Below, piece after piece: positions 1-9,536 of a stretch of DNA of 64,000 nt. Both the position numbers and the translations under genes were made by a program. The stretch covers positions 5,766 to 69,765 of the forward strand of contig JAXEIF010000011.1 of NCBI GenBank assembly GCA_034120015.1. The letters run 5' to 3'. Position 1 is the first letter of the stretch. Every line of letters begins with the position of its first letter. The notes under the pieces were generated by a model. The model was given only the letters and a program-made list of their open reading frames with translations, was not told where the DNA came from and did not search any database. The DNA is from Spirochaetia bacterium. Its GTDB lineage: Bacteria > Spirochaetota > Spirochaetia > JAFGXN01.

Positions 1-836
1 GTTCCCGCCCTCAGTCCGCCGAAAATCCAGACCAGCAGTGCAAACATTCCGATAAACGCGACCGGAATCTCCCAGCGGATGATTTTTTTGGCCAGCAGAA
101 ACAGTCCGCCCAAAAGCAGCAGAAACGCGGAGATTTCGCCGATACAGCCGCCTTTAAACCCGAAAAAGGCATCAAAGTAGCCGTAACAGAACGATTCGCC
201 GAACCATTCGTTAATCCGGTCGGTCACGGCCGTATCCCATGCAGTCACAGGGTACTGTTTCAACGGCAGCAGTTCCATTTCGTTGGCAACCGCACCCGCG
301 TATTCCGGCGCAGCGCTTTTGAGAACCGTCAGCGGCGTGGCGGAAGCAACGGCATCGGCCGTGCCAACTGCCGCGGATAAAAACGCACGCGGCGTCTGAA
401 AGGTAAACATGGCTGATGACCAGGAAAAGAAGGCAAACAGCCGCCCGCCCAAAGCCGGATTAATGATGTTGCATCCCAAACCGCCGAAGACGGCTTTAAA
501 AACGATAATCGCCACCAGCGACGCCGCAGCGGGAATGTAGATCGGCACCGACGGAGGCATATTCATTCCCACAAGTAATCCCGTCAGCACTGCCGAGCCG
601 TCGGACAGCGTATTTTTCTTTCTTATCAGACAAACCAGGCCTTCGCCGATTACCGAAGCGGCAATACTGACGGCCAGCACCAAAAGCGCATACCGGCCGA
701 ATTGGAAAACACCCCAAAGCGCCGCCGGCAAAAGCGCCAGAATAACGTACAGCATGATTTTTCCGGTCGACAAAGGTCCTCTGATTTGAGGAGACGAAAC
801 AACCGAAAAACGGAATTCCTCATTTTGTTTTTTCAT
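1..836 (-). CDS. rnfD: Rnf electron-transport complex subunit D (RnfD/NqrB family), C-terminal part cut by the window edge
   Basis: Own translation of the minus strand from ATG at 836: MKKQNEEFRFSVVSSPQIRGPLSTGKIMLYVILALLPAALWGV...DGSAVLTGLL...GGLGCNIINPALGG...ATPL...KKIIRWEIP. These are the RnfD hallmark motifs. The ATG overlaps the rnfC stop as ATGA. Not in the ORF track because there is no in-window stop. Confidence 0.85.
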   Translation of the reverse strand, partial: MKKQNEEFRFSVVSSPQIRGPLSTGKIMLYVILALLPAALWGVFQFGRYALLVLAVSIAASVIGEGLVCLIRKKNTLSDGSAVLTGLLVGMNMPPSVPIYIPAAASLVAIIVFKAVFGGLGCNIINPALGGRLFAFFSWSSAMFTFQTPRAFLSAAVGTADAVASATPLTVLKSAAPEYAGAVANEMELLPLKQYPVTAWDTAVTDRINEWFGESFCYGYFDAFFGFKGGCIGEISAFLLLLGGLFLLAKKIIRWEIPVAFIGMFALLVWIFGGLRAG

Positions 837-2158
837 TGCATTTTTCTCCTCAGAACTTTTCCTTTTTTAAACGCCTGAACCAGATAGAGACCGGCCGGAC
901 AGGTGTAGGAGCAGCAGCCGCATTCTTTGCAGTCGGACAGTCCGGCTTCCGCCGCTTTCTCGTATTCACCTGCCTGAATCAGTTTATACAGCGTTACCGG
1001 AGCCAGTCCCATGGGGCAGACACGAACGCAACGGCCGCAATGAAGACAGGCTGTCTCGGGCTTGGCCTGTATCTCTTTTGCGGTCAACGCCAAAATACCG
1101 CCGGTGCCTTTGGTTACCGGTGTATCCCAATCGGCCAGCGCGAATCCCATCATCGGACCGCCGATAACAATTTTTTCCGTTTTCGCAAAATCGACACCGC
1201 ATTCGTTCAGCAAATCCCTGACGGGAACACCGATCCGCGTTTTCAGATTGGACGGCCGGGCAACCGCACCGCCCGAAACGGTAACAATGCGTTCGGTCAG
1301 CGGCCGCCGCAGAACGACGGCATCGTAAACGGATTTGGCTGTTCCGACATTGCAAACAACACAACCGGCTTCGATGGGCAATGCTCCGGAAGGCACTTCG
1401 ACTCCCGTTACGGCCTGAATCAGCTGTTTTTCGTCGCCTTGCGGATAACGCACTTTCAATACTTCCACCGTATACGGCCGCCCCGAACGGTTGACGGCAT
1501 CCCGCATTTTAAGAACGGCTTCCGGTTTGTTGTTTTCGATGGCAATAATCACTTTGGCGGCATCTGTAATTTTAACGAGGATATCGATACCTTCGAGAAC
1601 TTCATTTGTATATTCCAGCATGGTCCGGTAATCGGCACACAGATACGGTTCGCATTCGACTCCGTTTATAATCAGGAATTCGGCTTTTTTTCCTTTCGGA
1701 ACCGCAATTTTGACGTTTACCGGAAAAGTAGCACCGCCGAGTCCCACCAGTCCGGCTTCCCGAATCATTTCCACAAGCTCTTCGCGTGACATCAGAGCCC
1801 AACCGTCATTCACTCTTTCGTTCGAAACCGGTTCGAAGGTTCCCTCTATCCGCAGATAGACCGCGGGACCCGACGATCCGTTCGGCAAAATAAGCGGCTC
1901 GATTTTCTCTACGACACCGGGAAAAGGACAGTGTACGTGCGCCGAAATCGGACCGGCAGCTTTTCCGATCAGATCTCCTTCCCTGACCGTATCTCCCGGT
2001 TTCACAAGACATTCCGCCGGTGCGCCCAGATGCTGCCCCATCGGAATCACCGCCGTCTGTCCGAAATAACTGTTACGAATCGGACTGTCGGCAGCCGGAG
2101 CTTTTTTGTCATGGGGATGAACTCCCCCCCTTCCGAAAGTTTTCAATCGATGTTTCAT
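833..2158 (-). CDS. rnfC: Rnf complex subunit C (NADH-binding, two 4Fe-4S ferredoxin motifs)
   Basis: 441 aa. Motifs GVHPHDKKAPAADSPI, INGVECEPYLCADYRTM, CLHCGRCVRVCPMG and CKECGCCSYTCPAG. Confidence 0.9.
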   Translation of the reverse strand: MKHRLKTFGRGGVHPHDKKAPAADSPIRNSYFGQTAVIPMGQHLGAPAECLVKPGDTVREGDLIGKAAGPISAHVHCPFPGVVEKIEPLILPNGSSGPAVYLRIEGTFEPVSNERVNDGWALMSREELVEMIREAGLVGLGGATFPVNVKIAVPKGKKAEFLIINGVECEPYLCADYRTMLEYTNEVLEGIDILVKITDAAKVIIAIENNKPEAVLKMRDAVNRSGRPYTVEVLKVRYPQGDEKQLIQAVTGVEVPSGALPIEAGCVVCNVGTAKSVYDAVVLRRPLTERIVTVSGGAVARPSNLKTRIGVPVRDLLNECGVDFAKTEKIVIGGPMMGFALADWDTPVTKGTGGILALTAKEIQAKPETACLHCGRCVRVCPMGLAPVTLYKLIQAGEYEKAAEAGLSDCKECGCCSYTCPAGLYLVQAFKKGKVLRRKMQ

Positions 2159-3663
2159 ACTTTTTCCTTTATGTTGATGAACCGCAACCGGCGTGAGGGA
2201 ATACGGAAGAACGGCATCAATAATCCAAAATAAAATACGGTCAGGACTGTCCAGAGCAGACAGATACCGGGGGAAATCTTTCTTCCGGTCATTTCCGGCT
2301 CCGATAAAAAGTAAACGGAAAGCGGATCGCTTTCCGATTTTTTTATTATACTATCGAAACCGCGTTCTGTAAATATTCCCGCTACCTTTTTTTCGGCACG
2401 AATGACTCCGTCCTGATAATAATATTCCGGAATAAAGATTTCCGTACCCGGTTCGGGCAGGCGCGGCAGTTTCCGATACCGGTAACAGTACTGAAAAACC
2501 TTCTCTTCGATGTAACCGACCGCATTCACTGTTCCCCGCGGCTGCCGTTGCGTCTGTGCATAAATTTCGGAATAGGAAGCGCCGGCAATCCGAAAGCCGT
2601 CGGTATCTGCGCCGGAAAAACCGGCCGGCAGCCGCGAAAAAACAGTATACCCGCCGGGAAGTATCAGCAGCGCCGCTCCCAAAAGCAATTCGGCAACAGC
2701 CGATTTCCACGGTCTCCGAAAGGCGGATCCGAGCAGGGGCCGGAGAACAAGATGCGGTTGCGACGAACGGATCTGCCTGCGCCGGGCAAATACCGCACTT
2801 CCCGACAGTCCCGCGGCTCCCATGGCGACGGCCGTTACAGCCACGATGCGTTCTCCCGGCAGCAGCAGGGCCGGCAACAGAGCGCCGGTAACGGCCGCAA
2901 CCGTTTCTCCGGCAATAAACAGCTTATCGCGGCGGGAAACGGTATCGATGCCGGTTGCCTCCCGATATTCACGATGCGGTGACCATTTCCGCCATAACGA
3001 TAAAAAAGTATTAACGATTAAAACAGCCGCCCATAATGCGGCAACACTGCCCGACAGCAGCACCGCAGCAAAAACAGTAACGGGAAACCACCAATTTTTC
3101 CGTTCTTTCCGTCGGACAACAAGCGTCAGGGCGAAACAGACAGCCGATGCCGTATAAAAGAAAACCCGGTAGGCAACCGATACGGTTTTCCCGTTTTGAA
3201 TCAGCAGTTCCGCATCGGGATAATTTTTTTCCCATTCATCTGTAACGGCACGCGGAAGCGGCGCTTCCGGGAAAAACATCCGATACGTGATCCCGTTTTC
3301 TTCGATATCGAAAAGTCCCGGCAGTGCCGCCAAAAAAGGAGTCATCCGGTCATCGCCGGGCAAAAAACGGGACTGCAGCTCGGCAACGGTCAAAATTTCC
3401 GGATTATAATGATCCAAACAGACTTCGAGTTTTTCAGCCGACCGGAAGCCGATACCGTGTTTATCCAAAAAACGGGTCCATTCGACCGCATTCCCGACGG
3501 GAACCCCGACAGACATTCGTCCCGATACCCCTTCGACCGTCAGCAGCCGCAACAGTGCCGTCGCAAATAAAACCACCAGAGAGACAATAAAAAAAAGGAT
3601 AACCCGTCTGTATGCATTTTGACGGTCGGACAGGTCGGGATACTTCTCCATGATAGATTTCAT
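2155..3663 (-). CDS. Hypothetical polytopic membrane protein (502 aa). Its stop overlaps the rnfC start by 4 nt, so it is probably co-transcribed with rnfCD.
   Basis: Long ORF with several hydrophobic segments (VILFFIVSLVVLFATALL, FFYTASAVCFALTLVV, LLSGSVAALWAAVLIV, LLLGAALLILPGG, LWTVLTVFYFGLLMPFF). I recognise no family. Confidence 0.5.
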   Translation of the reverse strand: MKSIMEKYPDLSDRQNAYRRVILFFIVSLVVLFATALLRLLTVEGVSGRMSVGVPVGNAVEWTRFLDKHGIGFRSAEKLEVCLDHYNPEILTVAELQSRFLPGDDRMTPFLAALPGLFDIEENGITYRMFFPEAPLPRAVTDEWEKNYPDAELLIQNGKTVSVAYRVFFYTASAVCFALTLVVRRKERKNWWFPVTVFAAVLLSGSVAALWAAVLIVNTFLSLWRKWSPHREYREATGIDTVSRRDKLFIAGETVAAVTGALLPALLLPGERIVAVTAVAMGAAGLSGSAVFARRRQIRSSQPHLVLRPLLGSAFRRPWKSAVAELLLGAALLILPGGYTVFSRLPAGFSGADTDGFRIAGASYSEIYAQTQRQPRGTVNAVGYIEEKVFQYCYRYRKLPRLPEPGTEIFIPEYYYQDGVIRAEKKVAGIFTERGFDSIIKKSESDPLSVYFLSEPEMTGRKISPGICLLWTVLTVFYFGLLMPFFRIPSRRLRFINIKEKV

Positions 3664-3699
3664 TATATATAAAAATCCTCTTTAAATAAAGAAAAATAG

Positions 3700-3728
3700 T
3701 TCACAAATTCGCAAAAAGGGACTATAAT
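3700..3728 (+). promoter_or_regulatory. Candidate sigma70 promoter TTCACA-17-TATAAT ending 6 nt before the ATG at 3735 (leaderless arrangement)
   Basis: TTCACA at 3700-3705, 17-nt spacer, TATAAT at 3723-3728, ATG at 3735. Confidence 0.45.
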
Positions 3729-3734
3729 TTTTGA

Positions 3735-4589
3735 ATGAAGCTCCATATCCCCGCTTTGTTCGGCAAAAAGAAAATAACGGTTTATGCTCTTGTCGGTCCC
3801 AGCGGAACCGGCAAAAGCTTCCGGTCCAAACTGGTGGCGGAATCCCATAACATTGATGTCATTATCGACGACGGTTTACTGATTAAAGGAAAACAAATTC
3901 TGGCCGGCACTTCCGCCAAACGGGCCGATTCCTATTTGGGAGCGGTCAGAACGGCTATTTTCGAAGACGAATCTCACCGCACCGAAGTCAAAAATGCGCT
4001 GCAGGCAGAAAAGCCGAAATCGATTCTGATTCTCGGCACAAGCGATAAAATGATTACCCGAATTTGCGGACGGCTGGATCTGCCTTCTCCGTTTATGACA
4101 ATCAACATCAGCGATGTGGCATCAAAGGAAGAAATCGAAACGGCCGTCAACGCGCGCAAAAAGGGAAAACACGTCATCCCGGTACCGATTATCGAGGTTG
4201 AAAAGAAATATCCGTCATCGATTCTCAACGCTTTGCTCCTTGCCCTTCCCCAAAATATTTTTTCCCGAAAAAAAAGATTTATCGAAAAAACCATTGTTCA
4301 GCCGGATTACGAATCTCCGGCGGGAACCATCACGATTTCAAAAGCAGCCCTGACTCAGATGCTGATACACTGTGCGGAAGAATTCGATAAAGAAATCAAA
4401 ATCAAACGCCTGTTTATTCGGGAAAAAGGCAATACCTATATTCTGCGTCTCGGCCTGGAAGTTCCGCTTCACTCCTCTCTGCCGTTCAAACTGTCGGAAC
4501 TGCGCGACTTTATTATAAAAAATATCGAAAAATATACTGGAATTCTTCTCGAAAAGGTCGATATTAATATAGTGAGTATGTCTCAATAA
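3735..4589 (+). CDS. N-terminal P-loop NTPase (GPSGTGKS) fused to a C-terminal Asp23/Gls24-like domain
   Basis: Walker A VYALVGPSGTGKSF. The C-terminal ~100 aa (ITISKAALTQMLIHCAEEF...ILLEKVDINIVSMS) resembles alkaline-shock Asp23 family proteins. Confidence 0.6.
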   Translation: MKLHIPALFGKKKITVYALVGPSGTGKSFRSKLVAESHNIDVIIDDGLLIKGKQILAGTSAKRADSYLGAVRTAIFEDESHRTEVKNALQAEKPKSILILGTSDKMITRICGRLDLPSPFMTINISDVASKEEIETAVNARKKGKHVIPVPIIEVEKKYPSSILNALLLALPQNIFSRKKRFIEKTIVQPDYESPAGTITISKAALTQMLIHCAEEFDKEIKIKRLFIREKGNTYILRLGLEVPLHSSLPFKLSELRDFIIKNIEKYTGILLEKVDINIVSMSQ

Positions 4590-4614
4590 TTTACACATTA
4601 AGAGGATAGAGAGA

Positions 4615-6138
4615 ATGAAACGTTTTTTGTTTATGTTAACGGTCGCCTTCCTTTCTTCCGCAGCTTTCGCACAGTTTTCCGATAAAGTCGTCGAAAGTAA
4701 ATACTACCGGGTTTATTTTCAGGAAGACGAAAAAGAAGCCGCGCTGATTGCCCAAAAACTGGATGCTTATTTTGAATTTTACAACAATTATTTCCACTTT
4801 GACGCATCCGGAATGAACAACCGTCTGAAAGTCAAAATTTTAAATTCAAAAACCGCTTATGTCGATTATGTTTCGACAGCGACATCCATTACCGAACCGG
4901 TTTCCTCGTTTCTGTTCATTCAGTACAAAGATGCCTCCAAAAGCGAACTGATCGGATTTCGGAAAGACAACCCCGAGTTCGAAGACACACTGAGTCACTA
5001 CAGTTTTATACAGTTTTTCAGAAACTTCATCACCAATCCGCCGCTGTGGCTGGAAAAAGGGTTTGCCGTTTATTTCGGGAAATCCTTTTACTCTCCTTCG
5101 AAAAATGCGATTGTCTATAAAGAAAATCTGACATGGCTGAATACACTGAAATCTTTTTTGGATACGGAAACTCCTTCGCTGATCGACCTGAACACTCTGT
5201 TTGCCATGAATAACGAAGATGTTGTCAAAAACAGCGATTTGTTTTATGCCCAGTCATGGGGACTTGTCAAATTCCTGATCGAAAACCAGCAGGCAGTTTA
5301 CAACCGCGTTATCTGGGACTCGATTAACAAACTTTCATCCTCCGCTGCGAAAGAGGAAAACGAACAGAACGCCAAACAGGCTTTTGCCTGGCTGGATTCG
5401 GCCCGCTTTTCCAAAGACTTCTATGAATATATTACGGATTTAAAAACATTCCCGCAGCTGGTAGACAGCGGTATCGCCCTTTACGAAAAAGAAGAATACA
5501 GCGACGCGAAAATTGCCCTGATTAAAGCAATTGCCATGGAAGATAAAAACTATATTCCGTATTACTACCTCGGTCTGATTTACTATAACACGGAAGACTA
5601 TGCCATGGCCGATTTTTATTATAACTCGGCGATTCAAATGAACGGAGACAAAGCCATCTGCTACTATGCGCTGGGAGTCAATGCCTTTGCGGAGCAAAAT
5701 TACGAAAAATCGATACAATGTCTGAAAACAGCATTGCGCTACTCCGGAGAATACGAAGAAAGAGTCGGAAAAATTATTGACAATATCCGTACAATTCTGA
5801 GACTCCAGAACAGATCTATCGATATTGATGCGATTCAACCCTACCCGGAAACAGCTGTCACCGAAAAAGAGGAAACGGTCATTCAGCCGAATATTTCCGT
5901 GACGACCATTGAAACGGAAAAAACAGAAGAATCTGCGGCAACAGCCGAAGAGATTCCGGTAAAAACCGATAACGAAGAAACGGAGAAAAAAGAAACCGCT
6001 CCGGTTGAAACTGCCGACACCGGAGAAACCGCAATCCCGACAGCAGAAACAGTAGTAACACCCGTCAAACCCGATGAAAACGAAATCGGACGTCTGCGGT
6101 TAAATAAAGATACGGGTGAATACAGCCCGATTCACTGA
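4615..6138 (+). CDS. Secreted TPR-repeat protein with a C-terminal E/T-rich low-complexity tail
   Basis: Signal peptide MKRFLFMLTVAFLSSAAFAQ. TPR-like repeats (YYYLGLIYYNTEDYAMADFYYNSAIQMN...). C-terminus ETEKTEESAATAEEIPVKTDNEETEKKETAPVETADTGE. RBS GAGGATAGAGAG. Confidence 0.7.
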   Translation: MKRFLFMLTVAFLSSAAFAQFSDKVVESKYYRVYFQEDEKEAALIAQKLDAYFEFYNNYFHFDASGMNNRLKVKILNSKTAYVDYVSTATSITEPVSSFLFIQYKDASKSELIGFRKDNPEFEDTLSHYSFIQFFRNFITNPPLWLEKGFAVYFGKSFYSPSKNAIVYKENLTWLNTLKSFLDTETPSLIDLNTLFAMNNEDVVKNSDLFYAQSWGLVKFLIENQQAVYNRVIWDSINKLSSSAAKEENEQNAKQAFAWLDSARFSKDFYEYITDLKTFPQLVDSGIALYEKEEYSDAKIALIKAIAMEDKNYIPYYYLGLIYYNTEDYAMADFYYNSAIQMNGDKAICYYALGVNAFAEQNYEKSIQCLKTALRYSGEYEERVGKIIDNIRTILRLQNRSIDIDAIQPYPETAVTEKEETVIQPNISVTTIETEKTEESAATAEEIPVKTDNEETEKKETAPVETADTGETAIPTAETVVTPVKPDENEIGRLRLNKDTGEYSPIH

Positions 6139-6150
6139 CGCTGTAACTTA

Positions 6151-6180
6151 AAAAGCGGCGATTATTCGCCGCTTTTTTTT
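6151..6180. terminator. Bidirectional rho-independent terminator shared by the TPR gene (+) and pcnB (-)
   Basis: AAAGCGGCG-attatt-CGCCGCTTT followed by T8. An A-run on the other side makes it work in both directions. The last codons of pcnB lie inside the stem. Confidence 0.75.
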
Positions 6181-7313
6181 ATCTCATCCGAACCGGAAAC
6201 CGAATCACCGTCTTTGTCTTTTCGCGATTTTCCGGAGCGGCGGCGTACTTTTTTACGCCCGTTCTGCCGCCCCGTATTCCTGATGTCGTCCCGAATCTCG
6301 AAAATCAGTTTTACGGCTGCCTCAATCAGTGCTACAGGCAGCTGCAAAGGTTGCTGAAAAGATTTACAGAAAGCCTTGGCGTTTGTAAAATTTTCGAAGT
6401 AACCGACCGGAGAATTATATGGCGGAAGGAACGGCTTAAAAAAATGAAACAGCATGATTTCACGATCGATACAGGCTTCCTGAGCCGTATTGGTTTTCAA
6501 ATCCAGCTCCCTCATCCCGTCAAAAAATGCCGTTTTCTCATTCTTTGTCGCTGCCGCTACGCGAGGCAGAAAGTAAGGCATAAGATTTAGCTTATCAATA
6601 TGACGGAAAATCAATTCCGCTTTCCCGGATGAGAGTATTTTAAAGAATTCCTCCGTCATACGGGAAACCGAAACGGAGGCAAGCAAAGATGATTTTTTTC
6701 GGATAGCAAGCCTGAGTCTTATGGGAATTCTTAAATCGCATTTTGCAGCATATTTTGCGGCCCGCAACATTCGAACCGGATCGGAGTCAAATATTGTATT
6801 TAAAGGAATGACATTGGACAAACGACGGGCTTTCAAATCACGAAATCCGCCGACATAATCGATTAACTGTTCTTTTTCGGGATCAAAAAAAAGGGCATTG
6901 ACGGAAAAATCACGTCGTCTGACATCCTCTTCGATCGTTCCGTAAACAGCATTAAAATTATCCGAAGAAGCCGAACGGAATGTTGTTACCTCGACAATAT
7001 AGCGTCCCGGGAAAATCACATGCGCCAGTTTAAACCGTTTCCCGATAATCCATGCATTGGAAAAAATTTTTTTAATCCGATTGGGAGTCGCATCGGTAGC
7101 GACATCAAAATCTTTCGGAACACAATTCAGCAGTAAATCCCTGACAGCCCCGCCGACAATATAAGCCTGATAACCGGCTTTATGCAAAGTCCTGACAACC
7201 TGCAACGCCTGCGGAGAAATCATTTTTTTCCGAAGAGAATGTTCATCTTTTGCATAAACAGTCGCCACACGAACGCGGCGGCCTCCCGAATCGGTTCCGT
7301 ATCGGTATATCAT
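6162..7313 (-). CDS. pcnB: Poly(A) polymerase / tRNA nucleotidyltransferase family (PcnB-like, basic C-terminal tail)
   Basis: GGAVRDLLLNCVPKDFDVATDATP head domain. C-terminal GRKKVRRRSGKSRKDKDG tail. The true start may be the internal Met at 7223 (MISPQALQVV...). Confidence 0.7.
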   Translation of the reverse strand: MIYRYGTDSGGRRVRVATVYAKDEHSLRKKMISPQALQVVRTLHKAGYQAYIVGGAVRDLLLNCVPKDFDVATDATPNRIKKIFSNAWIIGKRFKLAHVIFPGRYIVEVTTFRSASSDNFNAVYGTIEEDVRRRDFSVNALFFDPEKEQLIDYVGGFRDLKARRLSNVIPLNTIFDSDPVRMLRAAKYAAKCDLRIPIRLRLAIRKKSSLLASVSVSRMTEEFFKILSSGKAELIFRHIDKLNLMPYFLPRVAAATKNEKTAFFDGMRELDLKTNTAQEACIDREIMLFHFFKPFLPPYNSPVGYFENFTNAKAFCKSFQQPLQLPVALIEAAVKLIFEIRDDIRNTGRQNGRKKVRRRSGKSRKDKDGDSVSGSDEIKKSGE

Positions 7314-7319
7314 AAACAG

Positions 7320-9536
7320 TTATCGTAATGTTACAGAAGTCCGCAACAGAATATTCTCGGAACTGTTACCGACCAAAATATCGAACTGTCCCGGTTCCGT
7401 AACCCATTTTCCCAAGGTATCATCATAATAACGGAAAGCTTCTTCGGTCAGCGGAATTGTAACGTTCCGGGTTTCTCCCGGCTGAAGGAAAATCTTTTCG
7501 AAACCTTTCAGTTCTTTGTAAACACGATCCAAACGGGAAACAGGATCGTGAACATAAACCTGAACAACCTCGGCACCGGCTCTTTCGCCGGTATTGGATA
7601 CGGTCAGCGATACCTCCGTTCCCTCTTCAACCGAAAATGTTTTTTTTGAAACAGTCAGATCGTCAAATGCGAACGAAGTATAGGAAAGACCGAATCCGAA
7701 CGGAAACTGAGCAGCCTTGCCCGTCTTATCGAGATAACGGTAACCCAAATAACGGCCTTCGGCATATACCATATGTTCCATCCGATCGTAAGCCTGCGGG
7801 TCGTTTTCGAAGATATCCCGATTTTTGGATTTAAGCATTTTGGGATTGCCGCCGAAAACTTTAAAACGTCCGGTCCCCAACATCGGCGTTACGGGATAGT
7901 CCGCATCTCTCGGCCAGATAACCAGCTTATCGGGATTTTCAATTTGTGCGGCCACAGGTCCGAAATCATCCCACTGTTTTACCATTGTAAAGGGAAGTTT
8001 TCCTGACGGATTGACATCACCGAAAATAACCCGTGCCAACGCCGCATCAGCCCATTTCCCGGCATATCCCAGATAGATTAAACCCTTCACTCCGTTGATC
8101 CAGCTTTCTGTTTCGATTCCGCTTCCGTAATTGCTGACAACAATAATGTTGGAATTTAATCGTTTTAATTTTTCGATATCGGATCTGTTTTTCGGCTTCA
8201 TATCCCAATGACGGTCATTGGCTTCACCTTCTCCGAAAACCCACAGACCCGCTACATAAATAACTGCATCGGCCTTTTTGAGGGCTACCGTATCGGCCAT
8301 AGTAACATGAGAAATACGCGTGTCGTCATCCCGATACGGACGGAATCCATCCGTCAAATTAACTGTGAGCATCCGCCCCGGCCGACGGCAGAAAACGGTA
8401 CAGGCTCCGACCGTTGTCGTATTCAGAAAACGACTGTTGTAACCGACAACGGCAATCGACTTCTTTTCATTTTGAGGAATAGGTAAAATAGAATCCTCAT
8501 TTTTTAAAAGGACAATTCCTTCCTCGGCAATTTCCCGGGCCAGTACATCATGTTCCTCCGGATTCTGCTGCAAGCGGTAATGCCATTGAAAATCTTCATA
8601 AACGTGAAAACGGAAATATGTTGTTAAAATACGTCTCACTTTATCGTTTAGCAAAGATTCCTTTTCAGGTAAATTTAAGTTATTAATTTTATGATATGCG
8701 AAATAAGAACTGTCCGACGGCATTTCCAGATCGACACCGGCCGTAAAAGCACCTTCGGTCGAATAAAGGGACATCCAGTCGGAAACGACAAAACCGTCAA
8801 ATCCCCACTCTGTTTTCAGTATATCGGTGACAAGACGTTTATTTTCGGACATAGGGAAACCGTTTACGGGATTATAGCCTGTCATTACGGCTCCGACACC
8901 GGCTTTGACCGCCGCCTCGAAAGGAGGCAAATAAATTTCCCGCAAAGTACGTTCGTCAATATCACTGCTGGTACCGTGACGGTCGAAATCCTGGTTATTG
9001 GCGGCGAAATGCTTTACGACCGCAATCGCGCCCTGATTCTGCATTTCCGTCACATAAACCCTGGTCATTTCCGATGTCAGAAAAGGATCTTCTCCCATAT
9101 ATTCACAGTTCCGCCCGCCTGTCGGCATACGGTAAATGTTGACTCCGGGGCCCAATATCACTTTCTCTCCGCGCGCTATTCCCTCGCGGGCCACAGCCCG
9201 CGACAAATCCCGCATCCGGTTCCGATCCCATGTTGCCGTCGTAATTAATGTCGACGGAAAACTGGTCCCCCAGAAAGAAATCCCCATCGTCGCATCCTGA
9301 TATTTAATCGGAGGCAAACCCAAACGGGGAATACATCCCTGATTTTTCCACGCCTGCCCTCTTATAAATTCAACCTTTTCGCGAAAAGTCATTTCATTTA
9401 AAAGAACCTCGGCCTTCTCTTCGGGTGACAAATCGGTTTTAAGCAAATCACCCAAAAAAGAAGAACTTTCTGAGGGGGTTTTGCACGAAAGAATCAAAAA
9501 AAGCAGGAATAAAAAACGTATCATATTTCTCCTCAT
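7320..9536 (-). CDS. bglX: Glycoside hydrolase family 3 beta-glucosidase lipoprotein (BglX-like), copy 1
   Basis: 738 aa. Lipobox LILSC. GH3 motifs (KHFAANNQDFDRH, GFDGFVVSDW). Confidence 0.85.
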   Translation of the reverse strand: MRRNMIRFLFLLFLILSCKTPSESSSFLGDLLKTDLSPEEKAEVLLNEMTFREKVEFIRGQAWKNQGCIPRLGLPPIKYQDATMGISFWGTSFPSTLITTATWDRNRMRDLSRAVAREGIARGEKVILGPGVNIYRMPTGGRNCEYMGEDPFLTSEMTRVYVTEMQNQGAIAVVKHFAANNQDFDRHGTSSDIDERTLREIYLPPFEAAVKAGVGAVMTGYNPVNGFPMSENKRLVTDILKTEWGFDGFVVSDWMSLYSTEGAFTAGVDLEMPSDSSYFAYHKINNLNLPEKESLLNDKVRRILTTYFRFHVYEDFQWHYRLQQNPEEHDVLAREIAEEGIVLLKNEDSILPIPQNEKKSIAVVGYNSRFLNTTTVGACTVFCRRPGRMLTVNLTDGFRPYRDDDTRISHVTMADTVALKKADAVIYVAGLWVFGEGEANDRHWDMKPKNRSDIEKLKRLNSNIIVVSNYGSGIETESWINGVKGLIYLGYAGKWADAALARVIFGDVNPSGKLPFTMVKQWDDFGPVAAQIENPDKLVIWPRDADYPVTPMLGTGRFKVFGGNPKMLKSKNRDIFENDPQAYDRMEHMVYAEGRYLGYRYLDKTGKAAQFPFGFGLSYTSFAFDDLTVSKKTFSVEEGTEVSLTVSNTGERAGAEVVQVYVHDPVSRLDRVYKELKGFEKIFLQPGETRNVTIPLTEEAFRYYDDTLGKWVTEPGQFDILVGNSSENILLRTSVTLR

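Noticed and set aside
836-1789. 317-aa plus-strand ORF antisense to rnfC
   Set aside because: Low-complexity product (G/R/F-rich) with no recognisable motifs. It lies fully inside a high-confidence rnfC frame, so it is a typical antisense shadow ORF.
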